DNA from: an uncultured Chloroflexia bacterium
GTDB taxonomy: Bacteria > Chloroflexota > Limnocylindria > Limnocylindrales > CSP1-4
Assembly: GCA_963746845.1 (NCBI GenBank)
Contig: CAVVCZ010000004.1
Coordinates: forward strand, 96,001 to 160,000
Direction of reading: 5' to 3'
Length of the DNA: 64,000 bases
Made by a program: the position numbers and the translations under genes. Shown here one piece after another: positions 20,505 to 30,105 of the stretch; the stretch's first letter is position 1, and each line of letters opens with the position of its first letter. A model generated the notes under the pieces. The model saw nothing but the letters and a program-made list of their open reading frames with translations, was not told the DNA's origin and ran no database searches.

Positions 20505-21182
20505 GTGATCGTCCTCACGACGCCGCGACTGGCCCGGTTCGGACGGCTCGCACGGCTTGCCGTGCTCCTGCTGTTCGCCCTGTTCGTCGCGCATGACGCC
20601 GTGTACGTCGCCCAGTACGGGTTCGGCGCCCGCTATGCGGCCGCGATGACGGCTGTCGGCCACGATGCGTGGTTCGCGCCGGCGTCGCTGATCATCGGAT
20701 CGATCGCTGCCCTCGTGGCCACGGTGGCCGTCCTGCGCCTCGGCCGCCTCACGATCCGCTCGTCGTCCGTTCCGTGCGCTGGATCCGCGTTCATCGACGT
20801 CGGTCCGAGCTACCTGCAGGAGCTGCGCTCGACGTGGCTGCGGCTGTTCCCGGCCGTCGTGGTCCTGTTCACGCTCCAGGAGAACGCGGAGGCCGCGCTC
20901 TCCGGACACCCGATCCCCGGGCTGGACCTCCTGTTCGGCGCGGGGAGTGGCCTGGTACTCCCGATCCTCGCGATGGTGACGTTCCTCCTCGCGGTCCTCG
21001 GCGCCGCCGTCCGGTGGCGGACGCGGGTGCTGCTGGCCCGAGCGAGGATCACCCGCCGCCATCCGCGACCCGCCGGTCGACGTGTCGCTCCGGCGTGGGT
21101 CGCCTCGTGCGCGGCGGTCGCGCACGAATGGATGCTCGACCGGCTCGACGCCGGTCGAGCGCCTCCGCAGATCGCCGTCTGA
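20505..21182 (+). CDS. multi-pass membrane protein with C-terminal RAPP motif (candidate arrest peptide)
   Basis: About four hydrophobic segments with AHD, GHD, QENAE, GHP motifs; ends AGRAPPQIAV*; TATCGT 6 nt before GTG. Confidence 0.7.
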   Translation: MIVLTTPRLARFGRLARLAVLLLFALFVAHDAVYVAQYGFGARYAAAMTAVGHDAWFAPASLIIGSIAALVATVAVLRLGRLTIRSSSVPCAGSAFIDVGPSYLQELRSTWLRLFPAVVVLFTLQENAEAALSGHPIPGLDLLFGAGSGLVLPILAMVTFLLAVLGAAVRWRTRVLLARARITRRHPRPAGRRVAPAWVASCAAVAHEWMLDRLDAGRAPPQIAV

Positions 21183-21275
21183 TCGGGATCTGACCGGCGG
21201 CTCGGATGCCGCCGTTGGCGAGCGCCGCATGTCGGCGGTTCGCCGTGACTGTCCGCTGATCGCGGACCGGAGGTC

Positions 21276-21885
21276 ATGTACATGTATCCATCGCCTCGGG
21301 CCGGCCGTGTCCGGCTGGCCTTCATCGCTGCCATCGGGCTGGCAGCGCTTGCCGTTGGCACGGCCGCCGCGCACGAGGAGCGCACGGTCGCCGGCTATGA
21401 CATGGAGGTCGGGTTCATCAATGAGCCGGTCTTCGTCGGCGACAAGAGCGGTCTCGAGTTCTTCGTCCACAAGGGCGACACGCCGGTCGAGGGCCTCGAG
21501 ACGACCGTGAAGGCCCAGGTCATCTATCAGGGCCAGAGCCGCGACCTGCCGATCTCGGCGCGCGAGGACGACCCGGGCGCCTACGAGTCGCAGTTCATTC
21601 CCACCGCCGCGGGTCCGTACACGTTCCACCTGACCGGCACGATCGAGGGGACGGCGATCGACGAGACGTTCACCTCGAGTCCGACCGGGTTCGACGAGGT
21701 CAAGGATCAGGCGAGCGGCCAGTTCCCCGTGCAGTTCCCGTCGCAGGCCGACATCGTCGCCGATGCCCAGGCCGGCCGGAACGCCGCGAACCAGGTGACG
21801 ATCGCACTGGTCCTCGGTGCCGCCGGGCTGCTCTTCGGCCTGATCGGGACCGGTCTGGCGATCTGCCGCGCGGCGGTCGCGCTGA
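21276..21885 (+). CDS. secreted, membrane-anchored protein with predicted N-terminal His (putative copper-binding)
   Basis: Signal peptide ending AAA-HEERT; PTAAGPYTFH; C-terminal TM; removing one base near 21864 gives IAARRSR* at 21885. Confidence 0.65.
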
Positions 21886-21890
21886 TCGTT

Positions 21891-23708
21891 GTGTCCATCC
21901 GCCGCGGGGTGCTCCTCGCGCTCTGGGCTGCCGTCGCGACCGGCTCGATCCTCGGACCGCCTCGCGGCGGCGGTCGCGGGCCACTCGCAGCTCGTCGCCA
22001 GCGTCCCGGCGGCGGGCGACGTGGTCGCCTCGCCACCGGCGGCCATCCTGCTGACCTTCTCGGAGCCGATCGATCCGGCCCACACATCGCTCGACCTGCT
22101 CGGCGGCGACGGGGCGGTCATCGCGTCCGGGCTCGGCTCGGTCGCTCCGGGCGACGATCACACGCTCCTCGCACCGCTGCCCGACCTGGCGACGGGGACC
22201 TACACGGTCAACTGGCGGGCGTTGTCGGCGGCCGACGGCCACAACACGTCCGGAACCTTCAGCTTCGGCGTCGGCGACGTCAGCCCGCCGCCGCTGTCGG
22301 CGGATGCCGGATCGGCCGGATCGCTCCACGCCGGCCACGACGCAGGGACGGTCCTCCTGGAGACGGAATCGCGGATCGTCGGCGATCTCGGCCTGATGGT
22401 CGCCGCGGGCCTGCCGGTCATCGGCTGGCTCGTCCTGCGCCGAACGGATTCACGGCGGGCTGGCTCGCGCCGCGGCATTCGGACTGTTCCTCGCGGCCGT
22501 GCGGCGCGGTCGGGATGCTCCTCCTCGGCGGGCCGGCGAGCGGCATCGACGTCGCGGCGTTCGTCGGGACCCACAGCGGCACGCTCGTCCTCACCCGGCT
22601 GGCGATCACCGCACTGGCCTGCGTCGTCGTCTGGTGGCTCGCGACCCGTCGGTCGCGAGCCGCGCTCGTCGTCGCCGGGGCGGCGGCCGTCGCCGGCCTC
22701 GTGCTCGTGGCGCTCGGCGGGCACGCCGCCGCGTTCAGCAGCGCGGCGCCGGTCGCGGCGACGGTCGTCCATCTCGTGGCCGCCTCGATCTGGGTCGCCG
22801 GCCTCGCGACGCTGGGCTGGCTCGCGATCCTGCCGGAGCACGCTCCGGCCGAGTTCGCCACCCTCGTGCCGCGGTTCTCGGGCGTCGCGATCGTGTCGAT
22901 CGGCCTGGTGAGCGCCACCGGGATCTACGCCGATTGGCTCCAGACCGGGTCGCTCCTCTCGCTCGAGACGCCGTACCAGGCGACCCTGGCCGTGAAGATC
23001 GGCCTGACGGTTGCGGCCCTCGCGATCGGCTGGCTGAACTACCGAGCGGCCGGTCGCGACCGGCGATTCGGCCCACGCGTCTTCCTCGAGGGGGCGCTCG
23101 CCCTCGGCGTCATCGTCGCAACCGGCATCCTCGCGAGCGGCTCGCCGCCGGGTCAGGCCGCGCCGATCCCGATCGCCAGCGTCGCGTCGAGCGCGCTCGA
23201 CGCGGGCAGCGCCGAGCTCGGGATCGCGCCGGGCCGGCCCGGTCCGACGCAGTTCACCGTGAAGCTTCCGACGGCCCCTGTCGCCGATGCGACCGTGGAG
23301 CTGGACCTGAGCCGGCTCGACCAGGCCGGTGAGACGCGCCTGCCCCTGCGGCCCGAGGCGGACCGGCTGACGTGGATCGCGCCGGGCGGCCTGCTGCCGG
23401 CCAACAGCCAGTTCGACGCGAACGTCATCGTCCGGAACGGCGCGGGCGTCGAACAGAGCCGGACCCGGTTCACGTTCGCCCTCGACGACGAGACGATCAT
23501 CGCGGGACGGGCCGAGCCCCCACTGGACCCTGTCGCGATCGTCGTCGCGGCCCTGATCGGGGCGGCTCTCGTCGGCGGACTCCTCCTGGTCGCCGGCCGG
23601 ACGCTGCCGGCGACGGACCGCCGGGCGGGACGCGTGGCGTTGCTCGGCGGGTCGGTCGTGTCGCTGGTGCTGGGGATTGTCGTGCTCGCCGGAGGGCTGC
23701 ACCCATGA
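21891..23708 (+). CDS. CopC/CopD copper resistance fusion protein (at least two frameshifts)
   Basis: CopC: GHSQLVASVP, LTFSEP, YTVNWRALSAADGH; CopD: GGHAA, HLVAASIWVAGL, RFS, ATGIY. Confidence 0.8.
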   Translation: MSIRRGVLLALWAAVATGSILGPPRGGGRGPLAARRQRPGGGRRGRLATGGHPADLLGADRSGPHIARPARRRRGGHRVRARLGRSGRRSHAPRTAARPGDGDLHGQLAGVVGGRRPQHVRNLQLRRRRRQPAAAVGGCRIGRIAPRRPRRRDGPPGDGIADRRRSRPDGRRGPAGHRLARPAPNGFTAGWLAPRHSDCSSRPCGAVGMLLLGGPASGIDVAAFVGTHSGTLVLTRLAITALACVVVWWLATRRSRAALVVAGAAAVAGLVLVALGGHAAAFSSAAPVAATVVHLVAASIWVAGLATLGWLAILPEHAPAEFATLVPRFSGVAIVSIGLVSATGIYADWLQTGSLLSLETPYQATLAVKIGLTVAALAIGWLNYRAAGRDRRFGPRVFLEGALALGVIVATGILASGSPPGQAAPIPIASVASSALDAGSAELGIAPGRPGPTQFTVKLPTAPVADATVELDLSRLDQAGETRLPLRPEADRLTWIAPGGLLPANSQFDANVIVRNGAGVEQSRTRFTFALDDETIIAGRAEPPLDPVAIVVAALIGAALVGGLLLVAGRTLPATDRRAGRVALLGGSVVSLVLGIVVLAGGLHP

Positions 23709-24364
23709 GTCTCGGTGCGATCGTCGGAATCCAGCTGGCGCTGGTCGGCCTCGTGGCTTTCGGGCTGGCGCCGCGGATGCGCCGGCGGTGGCCCGCGACG
23801 GGCGCCCTTGCGGCGATCCTGCCGAGCCTCCTGCTCATCGGCGGCATCGGCCTGGCCCTCGTCGACACGGTCGGCGGAGCCACGCCGGACTCGTCGCTGC
23901 CGAACCCTGTCCCAGCTACCGTGACCTCCGTCGACGCAGGAAACCGCCTGTATCAGGCCAACTGCGCGGCCTGTCACGGCGTCGGTGGGGAGGGGGGCGG
24001 ACCGCTGGCGAATACGACCCCGATCCTGCCTCCGTCACTCAAGGCCCACCTCTCCCAGCACACCGACGGAGACCTCTTCTACTGGCTCACGAACGGACTG
24101 CCGGGTGGGATGCCGGCGTGGGCCGGGACACTGTCCGAGACGGACCGGTGGAACGTGATCAACTACCTCCGGGCGATCAACCAGCCTGATGCCTCGATCG
24201 TCCCCGCATCCCTCGTCCCGTCGGCTTCCGTCGCTCCCGACTCGGCTCGCCCGAGCGCCGACGGCTCGAGCGGCACGCTGCTCGCGATCGTCGCCCTCCC
24301 GTCCGCCTGGTCGACGCTCCTGGTCGGGCTGCTGTCGGTCCGCTGGCGGCGACGCCGTCGCTGA
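23705..24364 (+). CDS. membrane-anchored c-type cytochrome
   Basis: CAACHG haem motif, DGDLFYWLTNG, MPAW; ATGA overlap with copD. Confidence 0.85.
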   Translation: MSLGAIVGIQLALVGLVAFGLAPRMRRRWPATGALAAILPSLLLIGGIGLALVDTVGGATPDSSLPNPVPATVTSVDAGNRLYQANCAACHGVGGEGGGPLANTTPILPPSLKAHLSQHTDGDLFYWLTNGLPGGMPAWAGTLSETDRWNVINYLRAINQPDASIVPASLVPSASVAPDSARPSADGSSGTLLAIVALPSAWSTLLVGLLSVRWRRRRR

Positions 24365-24394
24365 ACCGCGAGGAACGCCGGCGAAACAGGATGC

Positions 24395-26134
24395 TCAGGA
24401 GCCGTCGGCCGGGACGGCGAACCGGACGACGCCGTCGGGATCCGTGAACGCGATGAACGTGTTCGCGACGGTGTCCCGGACGGTGCCTTCGAGATGGCCG
24501 GAGCGTGTCGAACCCGAGGCAAGGTCTCCCTCCTCGAGACCACCCGTCGCCGGCGAACGGAGCACGACGTCCTCGCCCTTGGATGTGATCAAGGTCCAGG
24601 CCGAGGGATCGACGTCGAAGGGGTCGGGACCGTCGTTCCGGTAGCGGACGTCGATCGTCAGCCGGGTTCCGGCCGAGGTCTTCAGACGATCGATGGATGT
24701 CACGGTGATCTCCAAGGACTCGCCATCGATCGAAACGGCGTAGGGCGCGCCTTCCGAGACGATGTCGGGGTTGCTGCTCGCCTGGCTTGCGGCCGGTTCG
24801 TCCGTCGGCAGCGGTGCGTTGTCCGGCGGCGACTGTTGGTCCGGCGACTCCCGCCCGCTGTCGGGCCCTGGGATCGAGGATGGACCGAGCTGGTCCACGG
24901 GGATGGACGCACGGCCCTGGCCGAGTGGCATGACGGCGGTGGCGGCGAGGGCGACGGCGACCACCCCGGTCGCGACACCCACGCCCGCCAGTGCGCGTCG
25001 GTCGGTGACCCGATCCCGGCCGACCCGGGATCGATCGAGGAGGAGCGCGGCGACGACCGTCGTCAGCGGAACCGCCGCGAGGATCCCCATGCTCCCGACG
25101 AGGGTCCGGATCACCTCGGTCGCGACCTCTTCCGAGTTGAGGGTGAGCGCCGCCGGCTGGTTGCTGACGATGATCGTCACGAGCAGCGGCAGGCCGACTC
25201 CGACGTACGCGAGGAACAGCGTGTTGACCGTCGCCGCGATGTGCGAGCGGCCGACGTCGAACCCGGCCCGGAACAGCCCGCGTCCGGTCGCGCCGTGCTC
25301 GACGAGCTGCTCGACGAGCCTCGCCTGGGTCACGGTCACGTCGTCGAGCACGCCGACGGCGCCGAGGATGAACGCCGCGAGCAGCAGGCCCCGGAGGTCC
25401 AGGCCGTTCCCGTCAGACGTCTGCAGGAACGCGAGATCCGACCCCGCTGAATATGTGAACGATGCGAGCGCGGTCGCCGCGGCGCCTAGGAGACCGGACA
25501 GCGCGAGCGATGCGGACGTGCCGAGGATCGCAGCGCCGCTCGCGCGGGACCACCCCTCGGTCAGCAGGATCGTGACGATGGTGACGACCGTCGCCGTCAC
25601 CACGGCCAGCGGCACCGGCGCGTAGCCCGCGATCACGAGCGGCAGGAGGACCTTGAGGATCAGGGCAATGGTCAGCCCCAGCGCGAGCAACGCGCGGACC
25701 CCGCGAACGCCGCCCACGACCACGACGGCGACCGCGAACAGGAGGACGAATGCGCCGAGCAGCGGGGCCCGCCAGCGATCGGCGACCGCGACGTACGGCT
25801 GGCCGCCGGCATCGAGCGTGGTGGTGACGACCACCTCGTCGCCCGGCTGGTAGTTCGCCACGATCTGCGAGCCACCCGGACCCTCGAGATAGGCCTGCAC
25901 GGTCTGACCTGCCTTCGGGCCATCCAGCAGCAGGACGTTGGCGTAGGGCGGTCGGAAGGCTTCGTCGGCCCGCGGGGGCACGATCTCGACGATCCGGCCA
26001 TGGCGGGCGTCGACGGCCTGGTTGTCGGTCGTCACGTGCGGGCCGATGTCAGGGATCAGGGCGAGCAGGAGGATCGCAGCGACCGCGAGCAGGGGCGCAA
26101 GGACGGCGCGGCTGAACGACGAATCGGACGTCAT
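24395..26134 (-). CDS. YibE/F family membrane protein with C-terminal DUF4352-like domain
   Basis: LGAVGVLDDVTVTQA, VGRSHIAATVNTLFLAY.G, EVIRTLVGSMG. Confidence 0.85.
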   Translation of the reverse strand: MTSDSSFSRAVLAPLLAVAAILLLALIPDIGPHVTTDNQAVDARHGRIVEIVPPRADEAFRPPYANVLLLDGPKAGQTVQAYLEGPGGSQIVANYQPGDEVVVTTTLDAGGQPYVAVADRWRAPLLGAFVLLFAVAVVVVGGVRGVRALLALGLTIALILKVLLPLVIAGYAPVPLAVVTATVVTIVTILLTEGWSRASGAAILGTSASLALSGLLGAAATALASFTYSAGSDLAFLQTSDGNGLDLRGLLLAAFILGAVGVLDDVTVTQARLVEQLVEHGATGRGLFRAGFDVGRSHIAATVNTLFLAYVGVGLPLLVTIIVSNQPAALTLNSEEVATEVIRTLVGSMGILAAVPLTTVVAALLLDRSRVGRDRVTDRRALAGVGVATGVVAVALAATAVMPLGQGRASIPVDQLGPSSIPGPDSGRESPDQQSPPDNAPLPTDEPAASQASSNPDIVSEGAPYAVSIDGESLEITVTSIDRLKTSAGTRLTIDVRYRNDGPDPFDVDPSAWTLITSKGEDVVLRSPATGGLEEGDLASGSTRSGHLEGTVRDTVANTFIAFTDPDGVVRFAVPADGS

Positions 26135-26180
26135 CGGGCGGAGCGTACTCCCGTGGGGCCCCGGACGCCCGGGGCGATAC

Positions 26181-26195
26181 TGAGACTCAGTCTCG
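26181..26195. promoter_or_regulatory. candidate Zur/Fur-family operator (7-1-7), copy 1
   Basis: TGAGACT-C-AGTCTCG between divergent yibE/F and zur. Confidence 0.6.
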
Positions 26196-26230
26196 ACAAC
26201 GACGGGCTAGCAGCCAGTACCATCCGCCTC

Positions 26231-26683
26231 GTGGACGACACAAACCCCATCGTCGCGGCGCTCGATCAGGCGGGCTACAGGATCACGGCGCCGCGACGCG
26301 CGCTCGCCGACCTCATCGTCGACCACGACGGCCACTTCACGGCATCGGATCTCGCGACAGCCGCCCGGGATCGACGGGCCGGGATCAGCCGCGCGACGCT
26401 GTTCCGGGCCCTGGACCTGCTCGTCGAGCTCGGCGTGGTGGAGCGGCTCGACCTGCCGAACGGCGACCACGCCTACGTCCCGTGCGCCGCCGCTCATCAC
26501 CATCACGTCGTCTGCTCGCGCTGCGGGCGGACCGCCGAGGTCGACGACGCGGGTCTGACGGACGCCGTCCGGGAGATCGCCCGGACGAGCGGCTTCCGGA
26601 TCGACACGCATCGACTCGAGCTGTTCGGGCTGTGCCGCCATTGCCAGGCCCGGACCGGCCACGAGCCGGTCGCGCGGGCCTGA
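26231..26683 (+). CDS. zur: Fur-family regulator, probably Zur
   Basis: RITAPR, HFTA, ISRATLFRAL, HHHHVVCSRCG, GLCRHC; heads a znuACB operon. Confidence 0.85.
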   Translation: MDDTNPIVAALDQAGYRITAPRRALADLIVDHDGHFTASDLATAARDRRAGISRATLFRALDLLVELGVVERLDLPNGDHAYVPCAAAHHHHVVCSRCGRTAEVDDAGLTDAVREIARTSGFRIDTHRLELFGLCRHCQARTGHEPVARA

Positions 26684-27659
26684 GTGGAGCGCGTGGCACG
26701 CAGCGGGTCGGCACGACCGACCTTGAGACTCAGTCGCAGCATCGCCGGTCTGGCCGCGGTCGGCGTCGCGACGGTCGTCCTCCTCACGGCCTGCGGTGCC
26801 GACCGGCCGGGCGGCACATCGCCGGCCGCCGGGCCGTCGTGGACGCCGGATGCGCTGAAGGTCGTCACGACGACCACCGTCTTCGCCGACATCGTCCGCA
26901 ACGTCGGTGGATCGCGGACGGACGTGACCGTCGATCGTCCCGCCGGCGTCGGACCGGAGGACTACGAGCCGCAACCAGACGACGCCCGCCACCTCGCGGA
27001 CGCCGATCTGATCGTCTCGAACGGTGTCGGGCTCGACGACTTCCTCGATCGCCTGCTCGGCTCGACGGGGAGCAGCTCCGCCAAACGGCTGGTTCTCGGC
27101 GACGGTCTACCGACGATCGACGTCGACGGCGAGCCGAACCCGCACTTCTGGCTTGATCCGACGATCGTGAAGACCGGCTACCTGCCGAAGATCGTCGACC
27201 GCCCTGTCGGCGGCGGCGCCCGCGGATCGCGCGACGTTCGAGGCGAACGCGACCGACTACGGCGCGCAGCTCGACGCCCTCGACACCGAGCTGAAGGCCG
27301 AGGTCGCGACGATCCCTGCGGCGAATCGGAAGCTCGTCACGTTCCACGACGCGTTCCCGTACCTCGCCCGCCACTTCGGGTTCGAGCTCGTCGGCGTCGT
27401 CCTGCGCAACGTCGGCCAGGAGCCGACGGCCGCCGACCTGGCCGCGCTGGTCGAGAAGGTCAAGGCGGCCGGCGTCACGGCCGTCTTCTCCGAGGCCCAG
27501 TTCAGCCCGAAGCTCGCCCAGACCCTGGCCGACGAGGCCGGCATCAAGCAGGTCGTGACGACCCTCTACAACGACGCCCTCGGCCCGCCTCCGGCGGACA
27601 CCTACCTCGGGCATGATGCGCTGGGACATGCGGACAGATCGTCAAGGCGCTCCGAGTGA
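26684..27659 (+). CDS. znuA: Zn/Mn ABC transporter substrate-binding lipoprotein (frameshifted)
   Basis: Lipobox LTAC, KVVTTTT, NGVGLD, NPHFWLDP; second frame gives LVTFHDAFPYLARHFG. Confidence 0.8.
26724..26738. promoter_or_regulatory. candidate Zur/Fur-family operator (7-1-7), copy 2
   Basis: TGAGACT-C-AGTCGCA at the 5' end of znuA. Confidence 0.55.
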
Positions 27660-28540
27660 GCAGCGGACCACCCGGTCCCCATCGACCGCGCGCGTCGGAC
27701 GGTGGTCGAGGAGGGGTTCCGGACTGGTCTCCCATCGGTCCGGCTCGACCATGTGACGGCTGCGCTACGGGCCGCGGATCGCCCTCAGCGACGTCAGTCT
27801 CGAGGTCCGACCGGGGTCGCTGCTCGCGGTGATCGGGCCGAATGGCGCCGGCAAGAGCACGCTCCTGAAGCTGATCGCCGGGCTGCTCAGGCCGGACGCC
27901 GGCTCGATCTCCGTGCTCGGGGCGCCGCCCGGCGTCCACGCCCGAGACGTCGCCTACGTCCCGCAGGCGGAGGCGGTCGATTGGGACTTCCCGGTCACCG
28001 TCGGCGAGGTCGCGATGATGGGTCGCTACGCCCGGCTCGGGTTCGGGCGGCGGCCCGGACGGCACGACCACCACGTCGTCGGGGTCGCGCTCGAGACGGT
28101 CGGGATGCACGATCTCTTCGATCGCCAGATCGGCGCGCTGTCGGGCGGTCAGCGCCGGCGGGTGTTCCTCGCCCGAGGCGATCGCGGCAGAGCCCGAGAT
28201 CTACCTGCTCGACGAGCCGGTGACCGGCGTCGACGCCACGACCCAGGAAGAGCTGATGGACGTCCTGGAGGCCGAGGCCCGCGCGGGCAAGACGGTGATC
28301 GCGTCGACCCACGACCTGATCTGTGCGGCGCAGCGGTTCCACGAGGCCGCGTTCATCAACGGCCGCGTCGTCGCGACCGGACCCGCCGAGATGGTCCTCG
28401 ACCGCCAGCTGCTGTCCGACACCTATGGCGGCCATGTCCTGATCCTCCCCGGCGACGGGGACCGGCTGGTCCTCGACGACGCCCACCACCACGACGACGC
28501 GGCCGGCGGCGAGCGGCATTTTCACGACGGGGGCGTGTGA
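27656..28540 (+). CDS. znuC: metal ABC transporter ATPase (frameshifted)
   Basis: GPNGAGKST, AYVPQ..VDWDFP, LSGGQRRR; second frame LLDEPVTGVD; His-rich tail; start approximate. Confidence 0.8.
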
Positions 28541-29410
28541 TGGACGTCGTCGGCTTCTTCACCGATCCGCTCGCGTACGGGTTCATGCAGCGCGGACTCG
28601 TCGCGGCGATCCTCGTCGGGGTCGTCTGCGCGGTCATGGGGACGTTCGTGGTCCTCAAGGGCCTGGCGTTCATCGGCGATGCCGTGAGCCATGCGTCGTT
28701 CCCCGGCGTCGTCATCGCGTTCATGGCTGGCATCCCGATCTATCTCGGCGGCGCGATCGCGGCGGTCGGGACGGCGCTCGCGATCGGGTTCGTGTCGCGT
28801 CGCAGCCGGCTCCGTCTCGACACCTCGATCGGCGTCCTGTTCGCCGGAGCGTTCGCCCTCGGCGTGCTCCTGTACTCGTCGATCGAGTCGTACACCGGCG
28901 ATCTGCTCGGCTACCTGCTCGGCAACATCCTCGGGATCGGGATCGGCGACCTGATCCAGGTCGCGATCCTCGGCGTCGTTCGTCGTGGTCGTCGTGATCG
29001 CGATCCGCAAGGAGCTGCTGTACGCCACCTTCGATCCGCTCGGCGCCGCCGCGTCGGGGCTGCCCGTGTCCTTCCTGGAGTACCTGCTCCTCGGACTGCT
29101 CGGCGTGACGATCATCGTCAGCATCCAGGCCGTCGGGATCATCCTCGTGGTCGCGATGCTCGTGACGCCCGCGGCGACGGCCCAGCTCCTCGTGATCCGG
29201 TTCGAGCGGTTGATGGCGCTGGCGGTCGCGCTCGCGGCGATCGCTGCCGTCGTCGGGCTGTACGGGAGCTTCTACCTCAACGTCGCGTCGGGACCGGCGA
29301 TCGTGCTGATCGAGACCGGGTTCTTCCTGGCGGCGCTCGTCCTCGGGCCGCGGACGGGGCTCCTGTCCCGCCGCCACGCGGTCACGGTCGCCGGACCAGT
29401 CCCCAGCTGA
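28540..29410 (+). CDS. znuB: metal ABC transporter permease (frameshift near 28980)
   Basis: FMQRGL, GDAVSHASFPG, TFDP, VGIILVVAMLVTPAATA. Confidence 0.85.
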
Positions 29411-29732
29411 TCCCGTCCGGGGCGGTGAAGACCGCGATCTCGTCGCCGTCCGGCAGCGCCTGGGGCGGCATCACGACCGTCCCGCCCGCCTCGACGGCGG
29501 CTGCGAGGGTGGCCGCCACGTCGTCCGTCGCGACGAAGAGCTGGACGAAGGGCCGCGCTTCGGGCGGCGCCGGCCAGATCCCGCCCCCGACGCCCGCGTC
29601 ATCCGCGGCCACTCGCCGGTACCCGAGGTGGTTCGCCGACTCGACCGACCAGCCGAACAGCCGTTGATAGAACGCGGCGGCACCGTCGGCGTCGCCGGTC
29701 AGGATCTGCCACTCGACGACGTGCGAACCCAT
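29382..29732 (-). CDS. VOC/glyoxalase family protein
   Basis: AAFYQRLFGW, GGGI, AVEAGGTVVMPP, F.APDG. Confidence 0.8.
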   Translation of the reverse strand: MGSHVVEWQILTGDADGAAAFYQRLFGWSVESANHLGYRRVAADDAGVGGGIWPAPPEARPFVQLFVATDDVAATLAAAVEAGGTVVMPPQALPDGDEIAVFTAPDGISWGLVRRP

Positions 29733-29762
29733 CGGTCTCCCTCCCAGCCCTCGACCGAGCCG

Positions 29763-30008
29763 CTACTGCTGGTAGCGCTCGACGACGTCCGCCGCGCGTG
29801 TCTCCGCGTCCTTCGGGTCCAGACCGGCCGCCCGACGCGCCTCGCGCTGGTGGAGGAGGTCGTAGCAGCGATCGAGCTCGACCTTGATCGCCGCGAGCCG
29901 ATCGTGCTCCTCGGCCGTCAGGCCGTGCCCGTCACCGGCGTGCTCCCAGAGGTGCTCCTCCTCGTCGGAGAGGGCGTTGATCCGCCCGAAGATGTCGCCG
30001 TCGATCAT
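29763..30008 (-). CDS. DUF2630 family protein
   Basis: ELDRCYDLLHQREARRAAGLDP...VVERYQQ. Confidence 0.85.
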   Translation of the reverse strand: MIDGDIFGRINALSDEEEHLWEHAGDGHGLTAEEHDRLAAIKVELDRCYDLLHQREARRAAGLDPKDAETRAADVVERYQQ

Positions 30009-30105
30009 CGTGTCGTTCCTCAGCGGGCGGCCATCGTACGACCGGCATCGGATCCCCGTCCCGCGTAGAGTCGGGTCCAGCGCCAACCAGCGTGGGGAGG
30101 AGCCA

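Noticed and set aside
21276-23708. Apparent 810-aa ORF joining the His1 protein to CopD
   Set aside because: The middle is Arg-rich off-frame sequence while CopC is in another frame; compensating indels explain it.
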